64,000 nucleotides of DNA from an uncultured bacterium (lineage in GTDB: Bacteria; Desulfobacterota; DSM-4660; Desulfatiglandales; JALVMZ01). The translations under genes and the position numbers were made by a program. The notes below the pieces were generated by a model. It was not told the origin of the DNA. It did not search any database and saw only the letters and a list, made by a program, of their open reading frames with translations. The DNA is taken from the NCBI GenBank assembly GCA_965613025.1, contig CBFDUE010000001.1, positions 80,591 through 144,590 on the forward strand. The letters run 5' to 3'. The first letter of the stretch is position 1. Each line of letters begins with the position of its first letter. Positions 27,397 to 36,017 of this stretch are shown here, in pieces.

Positions 27397-28298
27397 TAAA
27401 TCTGAATCAGCTTAGAGCATTTTATTGGAGCGCAAGGCATCTAAGCTTTACTAAGGCTGCAAAAGAACTATATGTATCTCAGCCTGCCATTACCACACAG
27501 ATCAGGCTCTTTGAGAAAGATCTGCAACTACAGCTTTTTAGAAGAAAGAGAGGAGGGAAGCTAATTCTTACAAGGGAAGGTGCGAGGCTATTTGAGTATG
27601 CGAAAAAGATATTTGAATATGAAGAGAGGCTGGAAGAGGTGATTGAAGATATAAGAAAATTAAAAGATAGAATTCTTCATATTGGAAGCGGAAGGAGCTA
27701 TGCCCATTATTTTGTTCCTTCCCTTATAGAATATTTCCATAAGGACCATCCTGAAATAAAGATAAAGGTTGAGGAAGGGAATTCACAAGATCTCATAAAT
27801 GGCCTCATTGAGATGAAAAATGAGGTGGCAATAGTATCTAAGGTGCTCGAACTTCCTGATATTAGATATGAGCTATTTAGTATGAAGGAGATCATTCCCA
27901 TTGTTCATATTTCACATCCCCTATTGAAGAAGAGATTCGTTAGCTTTCATGAGCTGGCACAAGAACCTATAATAATGAAAGAATCAGGGTCTGGGACAAG
28001 ATGGGTTGTGGAGGACCTTTTTAAGAGATATGGCTATGTGCCAAAGATAATAATGGAGGCAAGTGATGTGGAGATCATTAAGAGCATGGTGGAGCAGGGA
28101 AATGGGATTTCCTTTTTATTGTATGAGGCAGTAAAGAAAGATATCCAAAATAAGAGGATTGCAAGACTTCCCCTTAAAGGGCAAAAGATATATCTGGATA
28201 TAACCATTGCCTACCTCAAGGATCAGATTACCTTTCCTACCAAAGCGTTTCTTGACTGTATTAAAAGGATAAAAGAGGTCTCTGATTTCCATGTTTAA
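27393..28298 (+). CDS. LysR-family transcriptional regulator (paralog 2)
   Basis: 301 aa. MINLNQLRAFYWSARHLSFTKAAKELYVSQPAITTQIRLFE. Its start overlaps the UPF0261 stop (ATGA, 27393-27396). Confidence 0.9.
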   Translation: MINLNQLRAFYWSARHLSFTKAAKELYVSQPAITTQIRLFEKDLQLQLFRRKRGGKLILTREGARLFEYAKKIFEYEERLEEVIEDIRKLKDRILHIGSGRSYAHYFVPSLIEYFHKDHPEIKIKVEEGNSQDLINGLIEMKNEVAIVSKVLELPDIRYELFSMKEIIPIVHISHPLLKKRFVSFHELAQEPIIMKESGSGTRWVVEDLFKRYGYVPKIIMEASDVEIIKSMVEQGNGISFLLYEAVKKDIQNKRIARLPLKGQKIYLDITIAYLKDQITFPTKAFLDCIKRIKEVSDFHV

Positions 28299-28334
28299 TA
28301 ATAGAAGACATTACCATAAAAAGTTATAAAAAAT

Positions 28335-28349
28335 TCTTATTTCTTAAGA
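28335..28349. promoter_or_regulatory. Candidate LysR-type box TCTTA-N5-TAAGA upstream of the bis-MGD enzyme gene
   Basis: 15-nt dyad TCTTATTTCTTAAGA about 80-90 nt upstream of ATG 28428. Confidence 0.3.
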
Positions 28350-28427
28350 CAATTTATTTTCCTTGAATAATCCTTGATTGAAGCTCTAAAGTGTAAAATA
28401 TATCTACATCCTTAAAGGAGGATTATT

Positions 28428-30647
28428 ATGGAAAGGGAATATAAAGATGCAGAGGTAAAGAGATCCATGTGTTTCTGGTGCAAGCCCAGATGTATTTTGG
28501 ATGTGTATGTTAAGGATGGAAGGCTGCTTGGTGTAAGCAAATCCCCTATAAAAGGATGTCCCAGATGGAAGATAGCAAAGGAGATATTTTATAGTCCTAC
28601 CAGAACCACCTTTCCTATGAAGAGAGTTGGAGAGAGAGGAGAAAATAGATGGAAACAGATATCCTGGGATCAGGCCTTAGATGAGATAGCGGAGAGGCTT
28701 TCATCCATAAGGGATAGATATGGTGCAGAGGCTGTGGCACATCAGCACGGAACCAGCAGATCTTATGAAGAACTCCGAACTCGCTTTTTCAACCTCTTTG
28801 GAAGTCCAAATCACTTCGGCCAGGCACACATCTGTCATGGAAATTCCGCAGTGGTGGCATGTATGGTGTTGGGATGGTGGCCATATTGGATGAATGTGGA
28901 AAAGCTGGAGAAGGCAAATTGTATCTTCTTTGTAGGTCGAAATCCTATTCCGAGTCATCAGACAATAAGGGATGGCGTAGAGCAGGCCAGGAAGAGGGGG
29001 GCGACAGTTATTGTGGCAGATCCCAGACCATCTGATATAGTGAAGCATGCAGACATCTGGTTGAGATTGAGACCAGGTACAGATGCTGCACTTCTGCTTT
29101 CAATGATGAATGTAATTGTGAACGAGGATCTTTATGATAAAGAGTTTGTAAATAATTGGACATATGGTTTTGATAAGTTAAGCGATAGGCTAAAGGAATA
29201 TCCCCCAAGTAGAGGTGCTGAGATAACTGGTTTAAAAGAAGAAGATATTATAAAGGCAGCCAGGATTTATGCAACAAAAAGACCCTCATGTATGATGGAA
29301 GGAATGGGTGTTGCACATCAGCCCAATTCTCTAAATGCGCTACTCTGTCGCTATCTTATGCCTGCTTTAGTTGGCATGATAGATGTGGAAGGGGGAGAGG
29401 AGCTAATGGGCCCAGCTCCCATAATTACAGAACATGAGATTGAGCTTCCCGATATCCTTCCTGCTGAGCAGGCACAAAAAATGATAGGAAGTCAATATAG
29501 GCTATATTCCCATGAGGGATATGAGCTGATCCAGAAAAATGTGGAAAGGGTATGGGGTAAAAGATGTGATCTTCAGGTGTATATGAGATGTGCATCTGCC
29601 CCCCTTATCTTTCATGCGATGGCATATGGGGAGCCCTACCCTATAAAGGGTCTGATATGTGTCGCATGTAATCCCATGCTTACCATGCCAAATATAAAAC
29701 TGGTATATAAGGCATTAAAAAATTTAGAGCTTTTAGTGGTAGTGGATAAGGTCTGGACTCCCACTGCTCAGCTTGCAGACTATGTGCTACCAGCAGCAGA
29801 CTGGTTAGAGAGGGATTTTATATTTAATTACCATAATACCACTCCATTGATTATTGCAGGAGAGGCGGCCCTTCCAAAGACCATCACAGGGGAGTATGAC
29901 AGAAGGGATGATTTTGACTTCTGGAGAGGATTGGGAATAAGGCTTGGACAAAAGGAATATTGGCCTTGGGAAAGTGTTCGGGAATATTATGATTATAGAC
30001 TAAGGCCCATAGGACTGAGTTTTAAAGAGCTGGTTCAAATGGGCAAGTGGTTTCCTGAAAAGAGAGAATTTAAAAAATACATAAATAAAGGTTTTGGAAC
30101 ACCTACGGGCAAGGTGGAATTCTATTCTACAATACTAGAAAAACTGGGGTATGATCCACTTCCCAAGTTTGAGGAACCACCTGAAAGTCCCATAAGCAGT
30201 CCAGAACTTGCGAAGGAATATCCTCTTATTCTTATTACAGGTGGTAGATTTTTACCCTATTTCCATTCAGAATTCAGGAATATCCAGACCTTCAGAAAGG
30301 CCTATCCCTATCCCCAGGTGGAGATACATCCTGAAACTGCTAAAAACTATGGAATAGAAGAGGGAGACTGGGTCTGGATTGAGACACCACGAGGTAGGAT
30401 AGTTCAGAGATGCAGATTGGTGGACGAGATAGACCCAAAAGTTGTCCATGCCCAGCATGGCTGGTGGTATCCTGAACTTCCTCCAGAGGAGCCTTGGCTT
30501 CATGGAGTCTGGATATCCAATGTGAATGTGCTGACTGAAAAGGATCCAGATAAGGGTATAGATAAGGCATTAGGATCTTGGCCACTCAGGACCATGCTAT
30601 GCAGGATATATAAGGCCCGGGTATCAGATATTCCATTATTTTATTAA
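28428..30647 (+). CDS. Cytoplasmic bis-MGD (Mo/W) enzyme of the acetylene-hydratase-like clade, unknown substrate
   Basis: 739 aa. N-terminal [4Fe-4S] motif C15-x2-C18-x3-C22...C44 and no twin-arginine signal. Long stretches match my recollection of Pelobacter acetylenicus acetylene hydratase (RWKQISWDQALDEIAERL; ADIWLRLRPGTDAALLLSMMNVIVNEDLYDKEFVNNW; TPTAQLADYVLPAADWLER; GKVEFYSTILEKLGYDPLP...PELAKEYPLILITG). The metal-ligand Cys (C136 in HICHGNS) is conserved, but the catalytic Asp after the second Cys is Lys19. Confidence 0.75.
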   Translation: MEREYKDAEVKRSMCFWCKPRCILDVYVKDGRLLGVSKSPIKGCPRWKIAKEIFYSPTRTTFPMKRVGERGENRWKQISWDQALDEIAERLSSIRDRYGAEAVAHQHGTSRSYEELRTRFFNLFGSPNHFGQAHICHGNSAVVACMVLGWWPYWMNVEKLEKANCIFFVGRNPIPSHQTIRDGVEQARKRGATVIVADPRPSDIVKHADIWLRLRPGTDAALLLSMMNVIVNEDLYDKEFVNNWTYGFDKLSDRLKEYPPSRGAEITGLKEEDIIKAARIYATKRPSCMMEGMGVAHQPNSLNALLCRYLMPALVGMIDVEGGEELMGPAPIITEHEIELPDILPAEQAQKMIGSQYRLYSHEGYELIQKNVERVWGKRCDLQVYMRCASAPLIFHAMAYGEPYPIKGLICVACNPMLTMPNIKLVYKALKNLELLVVVDKVWTPTAQLADYVLPAADWLERDFIFNYHNTTPLIIAGEAALPKTITGEYDRRDDFDFWRGLGIRLGQKEYWPWESVREYYDYRLRPIGLSFKELVQMGKWFPEKREFKKYINKGFGTPTGKVEFYSTILEKLGYDPLPKFEEPPESPISSPELAKEYPLILITGGRFLPYFHSEFRNIQTFRKAYPYPQVEIHPETAKNYGIEEGDWVWIETPRGRIVQRCRLVDEIDPKVVHAQHGWWYPELPPEEPWLHGVWISNVNVLTEKDPDKGIDKALGSWPLRTMLCRIYKARVSDIPLFY

Positions 30648-31606
30648 GGGATGGAAACGGCAGGGAGGTTATTATCTAAATAGGATATAAGTTCACGAAT
30701 GCCATAGCCAGGTCTGAGTCCCTGGGCCATCTGTTTTAGCATTTCTAAGAATCTGGTTGCAGCAATAGAGAGGGGTTGGGTCTTTAGATAGGCAATGGAT
30801 ATATCTAAAAACAGCCTTTTACCCTCTAGGGGTCTGCTCTTTAAGACCCCTTTTTTTAACTCCTTATAAACTGCATCTTTCACCACAAAGGATATCCCAT
30901 TTCCTTGCTTTACAAGCTGTTTTATAAACTCAGTGTTACTGGTTTCCATAAGTATATTAGGGGTTATCCCTTTTTCGCTAAAGAGCCTGTCCACAATCTT
31001 TCTGGTTCCTGAACCTTCCTCCTTCATAATCAGGGGATAATCCATAAGCTCTTCAATCGATACCTCCTTTTCCTTTGTAAGAGGATGTCCTGGAGGAAGT
31101 ATAAGGATCAACTCTTCATGGGCAAAAGGGATGACCTCGATATCAGGATAGTTTTCAACCATTGCAATTATCCCAATCTCATTTTTTAAATCAAGGAGAC
31201 TGAGAAGGATATCTTTTGAGCTTCCTTCATTTAGAAAGATCTTTATCCCTGGATATCTACATCTAAAGTTCTGAACAATGTATGGCATAAAAAACCTGGC
31301 ATATGTTTTGGTGGTTCCTATTCTTAGAAGCCCTCTTTTTAACTTTTGAAGCTCTTCAATGGTATTTTCAATCTCTCTTTCAAATTCAAATACCTTTTTT
31401 GCAAGGTCAAAGAGAACCCTTCCTTCATCAGTAAGATGAATCCTTCTGCCCCTCTTTTTAAATAGCTTAAAACCACAGAATTTTTCAAATATCTTCAATT
31501 GGGCTGTAACAGCAGGCTGGGTAATAAAGAGATTTTTAGCGGCCTTGGTGCAGCTCATATACCTTGCGGTTTCATAAAAGATCCTGAGATGATTAAAGTT
31601 GATCAT
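30644..31606 (-). CDS. LysR-family transcriptional regulator (paralog 3)
   Basis: 320 aa. MINFNHLRIFYETARYMSCTKAAKNLFITQPAVTAQLKIFE, closest to paralog 2. Its stop codon overlaps the stop of the convergent bis-MGD gene. Divergent from the Pps-like operon. Confidence 0.9.
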   Translation of the reverse strand: MINFNHLRIFYETARYMSCTKAAKNLFITQPAVTAQLKIFEKFCGFKLFKKRGRRIHLTDEGRVLFDLAKKVFEFEREIENTIEELQKLKRGLLRIGTTKTYARFFMPYIVQNFRCRYPGIKIFLNEGSSKDILLSLLDLKNEIGIIAMVENYPDIEVIPFAHEELILILPPGHPLTKEKEVSIEELMDYPLIMKEEGSGTRKIVDRLFSEKGITPNILMETSNTEFIKQLVKQGNGISFVVKDAVYKELKKGVLKSRPLEGKRLFLDISIAYLKTQPLSIAATRFLEMLKQMAQGLRPGYGIRELISYLDNNLPAVSIP

Positions 31607-31636
31607 CCTAAATTACTCAATTCTTAACAATTTTAA

Positions 31637-31651
31637 TTATCTATAAGATAA
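31637..31651. promoter_or_regulatory. Candidate LysR operator: perfect 15-nt palindrome TTATCTATAAGATAA
   Basis: Located 31 nt upstream of the LysR-3 start, in the 216-nt divergent spacer. ATAAATAAAAT direct repeats at 31648-31658 and 31693-31703. A weak TTGACA-17-TTATGT at 31708-31736 faces the Pps-like operon. Confidence 0.35.
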
Positions 31652-31822
31652 ATAAAATAAATAATTTTCCATAATCTCAATTTATAAATAGCATAAATAA
31701 AATGCAATTGACAAGATCTTTTATGCATCTTTATGTTTCTTAAAAAATATCTTAAAAGGTCCTAATAAATCCTGTTCAAATGTTGGTCAAACCATTAACC
31801 CATCAAAAGAAAGGAGGAAGAG

Positions 31823-33676
31823 ATGAAAGAAAGAGGCAAATTCCCTGACCCCCACGAATTTAAAACTCCCCCAGAGCTGGATGGATGGGAGGAGATGTAT
31901 CCTTCCCATTACCTCTTTTCAAAGGACAGGGAGGAGTGGGAAAAGAGACAATTCTGGTATCAGGATAAGATCCATGATCCTGAGCCCTTGCCTCCTTTAG
32001 ATCTCATATTTCAAGAGGCATGGCAGATATCCCTTTCTCAGTATACCACAAGGGTATTCTGTATCCCTCCGGCACAGGGAATAGCACAGCGTATGGTAGG
32101 ATGTTACATGTATATCTGTGCTATAAACCCTCCACCAGAAGAGGTAATCGGTAAAAAGGCTCAGCTATTTGAAAAGAGGGTATTTCATGTCTTTAAGAAC
32201 TATGATGAGCTGTGGGACAAGTGGTTAGAGAAGTTCAAGAAATTGGGAGAGGAGATGGACAGCCTCCCTGTTCCCAAAGAGTTGCCTGAATTTGTTCCAG
32301 AAGATCAGGTCCTTCCTGCTCCCACTGGCTGCTATGTATCCTACGACCTTATGGAGGCATTTGATAAACTGGTAAATATGATGTTTAAGGGATGGCAATA
32401 TCACTTTGAAATGCTCAATCTCTCCTATCTTGCATACCTTATGTTTGCAGATGTGGCCAGAAGGCTCTTCCCTGGAATTAGTGAAAGTGCCATAGGAAAG
32501 ATGGTGGCAGGTGCCTATGTTGCCATGTTTAAACCAGAAGAAGAGCTATGCAGGCTCTCCCGTCTTGCCACATCCCTTAAAGGTGTCGCTGATATATTGA
32601 AATCAGACATGAAAGTGGAAGAGAAGATCTCTCAGCTTCAGCAGAGTGATGATGGAAAACAGTGGCTTGAGGAATATGAAAAGGCAAAGGATCCATGGTT
32701 CTATGTTTCCAATGGAAGCGGATGGTTTCATTATGAAGGAAGCTGGATCACACATCCTGAAATCCCCTTTGGCTATATCAAGAGCTACATAGAGAGATTG
32801 GGAAAAGGTGAAAAGATAGAAAGATCACTGGAAGATATAGAAAAGGAAAGGGAAAGGGTGCTGGAGGAGTATAGAAAACTCATAAAGAATGAGGAAGATA
32901 GAAAATCTTTTGATGACTCATACAATATCATAAGGACCATATATCGATTTGCAGAGGATCATCTGTTCTGGGTTGAGCACTGGTTCCACACCATCTGGTT
33001 TAAGAAGGTCAGGGAATTTGGCCAGCTACTTGTAAAATATGACATGTTAAATGAGGTGGACGATATCTTTATGTTCAACAGGTATGAGATCCCACAGCTA
33101 CTCACTGAGCTTTCCACTGCCTGGGCACTTGGAGTGGATGTTCCTGTAAGAGCAAGCTACTATAAAGGAAAGGCGGAAAAGAGAAGGAGGATCCTGGAAG
33201 CTGCCAGGCAATGGAATCCACCGCCTGCCCTGGGTGTTCCACCTGAAGAGGTGGCAGAACCTTTCACTGTGATGCTATGGGGAATCACGACAGAGAAAGT
33301 AAAGGAATGGCTAAAAGGTGTGGAAGTTCCTGAAGGTGAAGAGGTAAGTGAACTTAAGGGATTTGCGTCCTCCTCTGGTGTTACAGAAGGAAAGGCAAGG
33401 GTGCTCAAGTCCTTAGCAGATCTGGACAAACTTCAGGCAGGAGAGATTATGGTATGTCCTACCACTAACCCATCCTGGGCACCGGTATTTACAAAGATAA
33501 AGGCAGCTGTGACAGACATAGGGGGGCTTACAAGCCATGCTGCTATTGTGTGTCGTGAATATGGGCTTCCAGCTGTTACAGGCTGTGGGATTGCCACATC
33601 TGTTATAAAGACAGGAGATATCATAAAAGTAAATGGTGATGAAGGAGTGGTAACTATTTTGAAGAGAGCCGAGTAG
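31823..33676 (+). CDS. PpsA-like subunit: PEP-utilising-enzyme swivel phospho-His domain protein (phenylphosphate-synthase alpha-like)
   Basis: 617 aa (about 70 kDa). The C-terminus GEIMVCPTTNPSWAPVFTKIKAAVTDIGGLTSHAAIVCREYGLPAV carries the catalytic His (His572, codon 33536-33538). No ATP-grasp/PPDK_N domain in this chain. Confidence 0.7.
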   Translation: MKERGKFPDPHEFKTPPELDGWEEMYPSHYLFSKDREEWEKRQFWYQDKIHDPEPLPPLDLIFQEAWQISLSQYTTRVFCIPPAQGIAQRMVGCYMYICAINPPPEEVIGKKAQLFEKRVFHVFKNYDELWDKWLEKFKKLGEEMDSLPVPKELPEFVPEDQVLPAPTGCYVSYDLMEAFDKLVNMMFKGWQYHFEMLNLSYLAYLMFADVARRLFPGISESAIGKMVAGAYVAMFKPEEELCRLSRLATSLKGVADILKSDMKVEEKISQLQQSDDGKQWLEEYEKAKDPWFYVSNGSGWFHYEGSWITHPEIPFGYIKSYIERLGKGEKIERSLEDIEKERERVLEEYRKLIKNEEDRKSFDDSYNIIRTIYRFAEDHLFWVEHWFHTIWFKKVREFGQLLVKYDMLNEVDDIFMFNRYEIPQLLTELSTAWALGVDVPVRASYYKGKAEKRRRILEAARQWNPPPALGVPPEEVAEPFTVMLWGITTEKVKEWLKGVEVPEGEEVSELKGFASSSGVTEGKARVLKSLADLDKLQAGEIMVCPTTNPSWAPVFTKIKAAVTDIGGLTSHAAIVCREYGLPAVTGCGIATSVIKTGDIIKVNGDEGVVTILKRAE

Positions 33677-33691
33677 GAGGTAAAAGGTGTA

Positions 33692-34759
33692 ATGGAATAT
33701 GTAAAGGACTTTAAGGAACTTCGCAGGGATTCAATTCTTGAAGCAGGGGGGAAAAATGCATCTCTTGGAGAGATGATAGGAGCGGGTATCAGGGTCCCCC
33801 CTGGTTTTGCTGTTACCACAAAGGCATATCTGGATTTTTTGGAGAAGGGCGGAATCAGGGATGAAATATTTTCCATATTATCACAGATTTCCCCTGAAGA
33901 TGTGGAAGATCTCAACAATAAAAGCCTGAAGATAAGGGATCATATAAGATCCATAGATATTCCACAGGAAATAAAGAGTGCTATAGAAAAAAGATATGTA
34001 GATCTCTGCGATGTATGTGGTGTGGAGGATCTTCCGGTGGCAGTGCGTTCCAGTGCCACTGCAGAGGATCTTCCCACTGCAAGCTTTGCAGGGCAGCAGG
34101 AGACATATCTCTGGATCAGGGGGGTAGAAGAGGTGGCATCTAAGGTGAGGGACTGCTGGGCCAGCCTCTTTACTCCCCGTGCTATAAGTTACAGGATAAA
34201 GAACAGGTTTTCCCATGAAAAGGTCTTAATCAGCGTGGGTGTTCAAAAGATGGTAAATTCAAGGACCGCTGGCGTAATGTTTACTCTTAACCCTATAGAT
34301 GGGGATCTATCCAAGGTGGTGATTGAAGGTAGCTGGGGATTGGGTGAAAGTGTGGTCTCTGGTTCAGTTACTCCTGATAAATTCGTGGTGGACAAGGTGG
34401 TGCTTGAGATAACAGAGAGAACCATATCCAGAAAACATATACAGTGTGTATATGATCCTTTGGAGGGAAAAGTGGTGGAGAAGGATATGGAAGAGGATAT
34501 GCAAAATATGTGCTGTCTTCAGGACGAAGAGATCAAGGAGCTGGTTAAGATGGCAAAGAGGATTGAAGATCACTATGGCACTCCCATGGACATAGAATGG
34601 GCAATAGACAATGATCTGGAATTCCCAGAGAATATCTTTATTGTCCAGGCAAGGCCGGAAACAGTGTGGAGTCAGAAGAAAAAGGGCCCCGTGATCGGTA
34701 AAAAGAGCGGATTTGAACTTCTTATGGAGCAGGCAATGAAGAGGATAAAACTGTCTTGA
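33692..34759 (+). CDS. PpsB-like subunit: PPDK_N ATP-grasp (nucleotide-binding) protein
   Basis: 355 aa (about 40 kDa). GGKNASLGEMIGAGIRVPPGFAVTT and VAVRSSATAEDLPTASFAGQQETYL are PEP synthase/PPDK N-terminal domain motifs. Confidence 0.7.
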   Translation: MEYVKDFKELRRDSILEAGGKNASLGEMIGAGIRVPPGFAVTTKAYLDFLEKGGIRDEIFSILSQISPEDVEDLNNKSLKIRDHIRSIDIPQEIKSAIEKRYVDLCDVCGVEDLPVAVRSSATAEDLPTASFAGQQETYLWIRGVEEVASKVRDCWASLFTPRAISYRIKNRFSHEKVLISVGVQKMVNSRTAGVMFTLNPIDGDLSKVVIEGSWGLGESVVSGSVTPDKFVVDKVVLEITERTISRKHIQCVYDPLEGKVVEKDMEEDMQNMCCLQDEEIKELVKMAKRIEDHYGTPMDIEWAIDNDLEFPENIFIVQARPETVWSQKKKGPVIGKKSGFELLMEQAMKRIKLS

Positions 34760-34780
34760 TATAGGAGGAAATTTTCTAAG

Positions 34781-36010
34781 ATGCCTTCAATATTGCTTAT
34801 TTCCACTTTAAATACAAAAGGAGAGGAGACTGCATATCTAAGAGATAGATTAAAGGCCCTGGGATCTGAGATCATAACAATGGATCTATCCATGCAGGAA
34901 GGAAGCCTCTGGAAGGCAGAGATACCACCAAGGAATGTGGCAGAGGCAGGAGGAGGGAAGTGGGAGGAGATCCTCTCTTCTACTGATAGGGCAAAGAGCA
35001 CTGAGGTGATGATCAGGGGAGCAATTAAGAAGGCAAAGGAGTTATGGGAAAGGGGAGAAATCCAGGGTGTTATAGGAATCGGGGGCTCCACTGGATCATT
35101 GATGGCAACAGAGGTTATGAGGGCGCTTCCTTTTGGAGTTCCAAAATTGATGATCTCCTCCACTGCGGCTCTTCCTGGGCTTTCCACAAGATACATAGGA
35201 ACTGGCGATATAATGCTCTTTCATTCAGTTATTGAGATATCTGGTCTGAGTGATCTCTTAAAAAATGTGCTTGATCGTGCAGCCCTTTCAATGCATGAGA
35301 TGGCAAGGGGCCAGATGTCATCCATAAGAACAGATACAGATAGAAAGAGAATTGCCATGACTATGCTTGGGCCATGTGAGGGCTGTGCGCACAGGGTGAG
35401 AGAAGCACTTGAAAGAGAAGGTCTTCAGGTAATAGGATTTTCAGCGGCAGGAATTGGGGATAGGGCTATGGATGAGATGATTCTTCAGGGCCTGTTTCAT
35501 GGTGTGGTGGATCTTGCACCAGGCGGAATAGGTGAGCATATGTTTGGGGGAATGAGAGACGCAGGGCCTCAGAGGATTGAGGCTGCATGTTCAGTGGGTA
35601 TCCCTCAAGTTATTACGCTCTGCAGTGTTAATCATCTGACCATTAGAAAGAGTAAATATAAACCTTCTGATTATCAACGTCCCATGTATCATCTGGATAG
35701 ATACAGAACCTGGCTCAGGACCACAGAAGAGGAATTATACAATATTGGAAAGGAATTTGGCAAAAAACTCAATAGGGCGAAAGCAGAAGTGGTTATCCTT
35801 TTTCCCCAAAAAGGATGGTCATCTGTGGATAGACCAGGAAATCCAACCTATAATCCAGAACAGGATAGGATCTTCTTAAAAGGTCTTGAGGAAAACCTGA
35901 CAAATAATAATATTGAGATAATAGAGGTGGATGCTAATCTGGAAGATAAGGAATTTTCAGATGCGCTTATCTCAGCCGCAAAGAGACTCTTTTTAAATAG
36001 AAAGGAGTGA
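34781..36010 (+). CDS. UPF0261 family protein (Tm-1-like ATP-binding domain), copy 2
   Basis: 409 aa. Paralog of 26194-27396 (ILLISTLNTKGEETAYLRDRLKALG; GVIGIGGSTGSLMAT; PKLMISSTAA). It starts 21 nt after the PpsB-like gene. Confidence 0.7.
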   Translation: MPSILLISTLNTKGEETAYLRDRLKALGSEIITMDLSMQEGSLWKAEIPPRNVAEAGGGKWEEILSSTDRAKSTEVMIRGAIKKAKELWERGEIQGVIGIGGSTGSLMATEVMRALPFGVPKLMISSTAALPGLSTRYIGTGDIMLFHSVIEISGLSDLLKNVLDRAALSMHEMARGQMSSIRTDTDRKRIAMTMLGPCEGCAHRVREALEREGLQVIGFSAAGIGDRAMDEMILQGLFHGVVDLAPGGIGEHMFGGMRDAGPQRIEAACSVGIPQVITLCSVNHLTIRKSKYKPSDYQRPMYHLDRYRTWLRTTEEELYNIGKEFGKKLNRAKAEVVILFPQKGWSSVDRPGNPTYNPEQDRIFLKGLEENLTNNNIEIIEVDANLEDKEFSDALISAAKRLFLNRKE

Positions 36011-36017
36011 GGGATTT

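Noticed and set aside
28428-30647. Calling the bis-MGD enzyme a genuine acetylene hydratase.
   Set aside because: The essential Asp next to the second cluster Cys is Lys here, and the adjacent hydrophobic-ring Ile is His. Function cannot be transferred on similarity alone.
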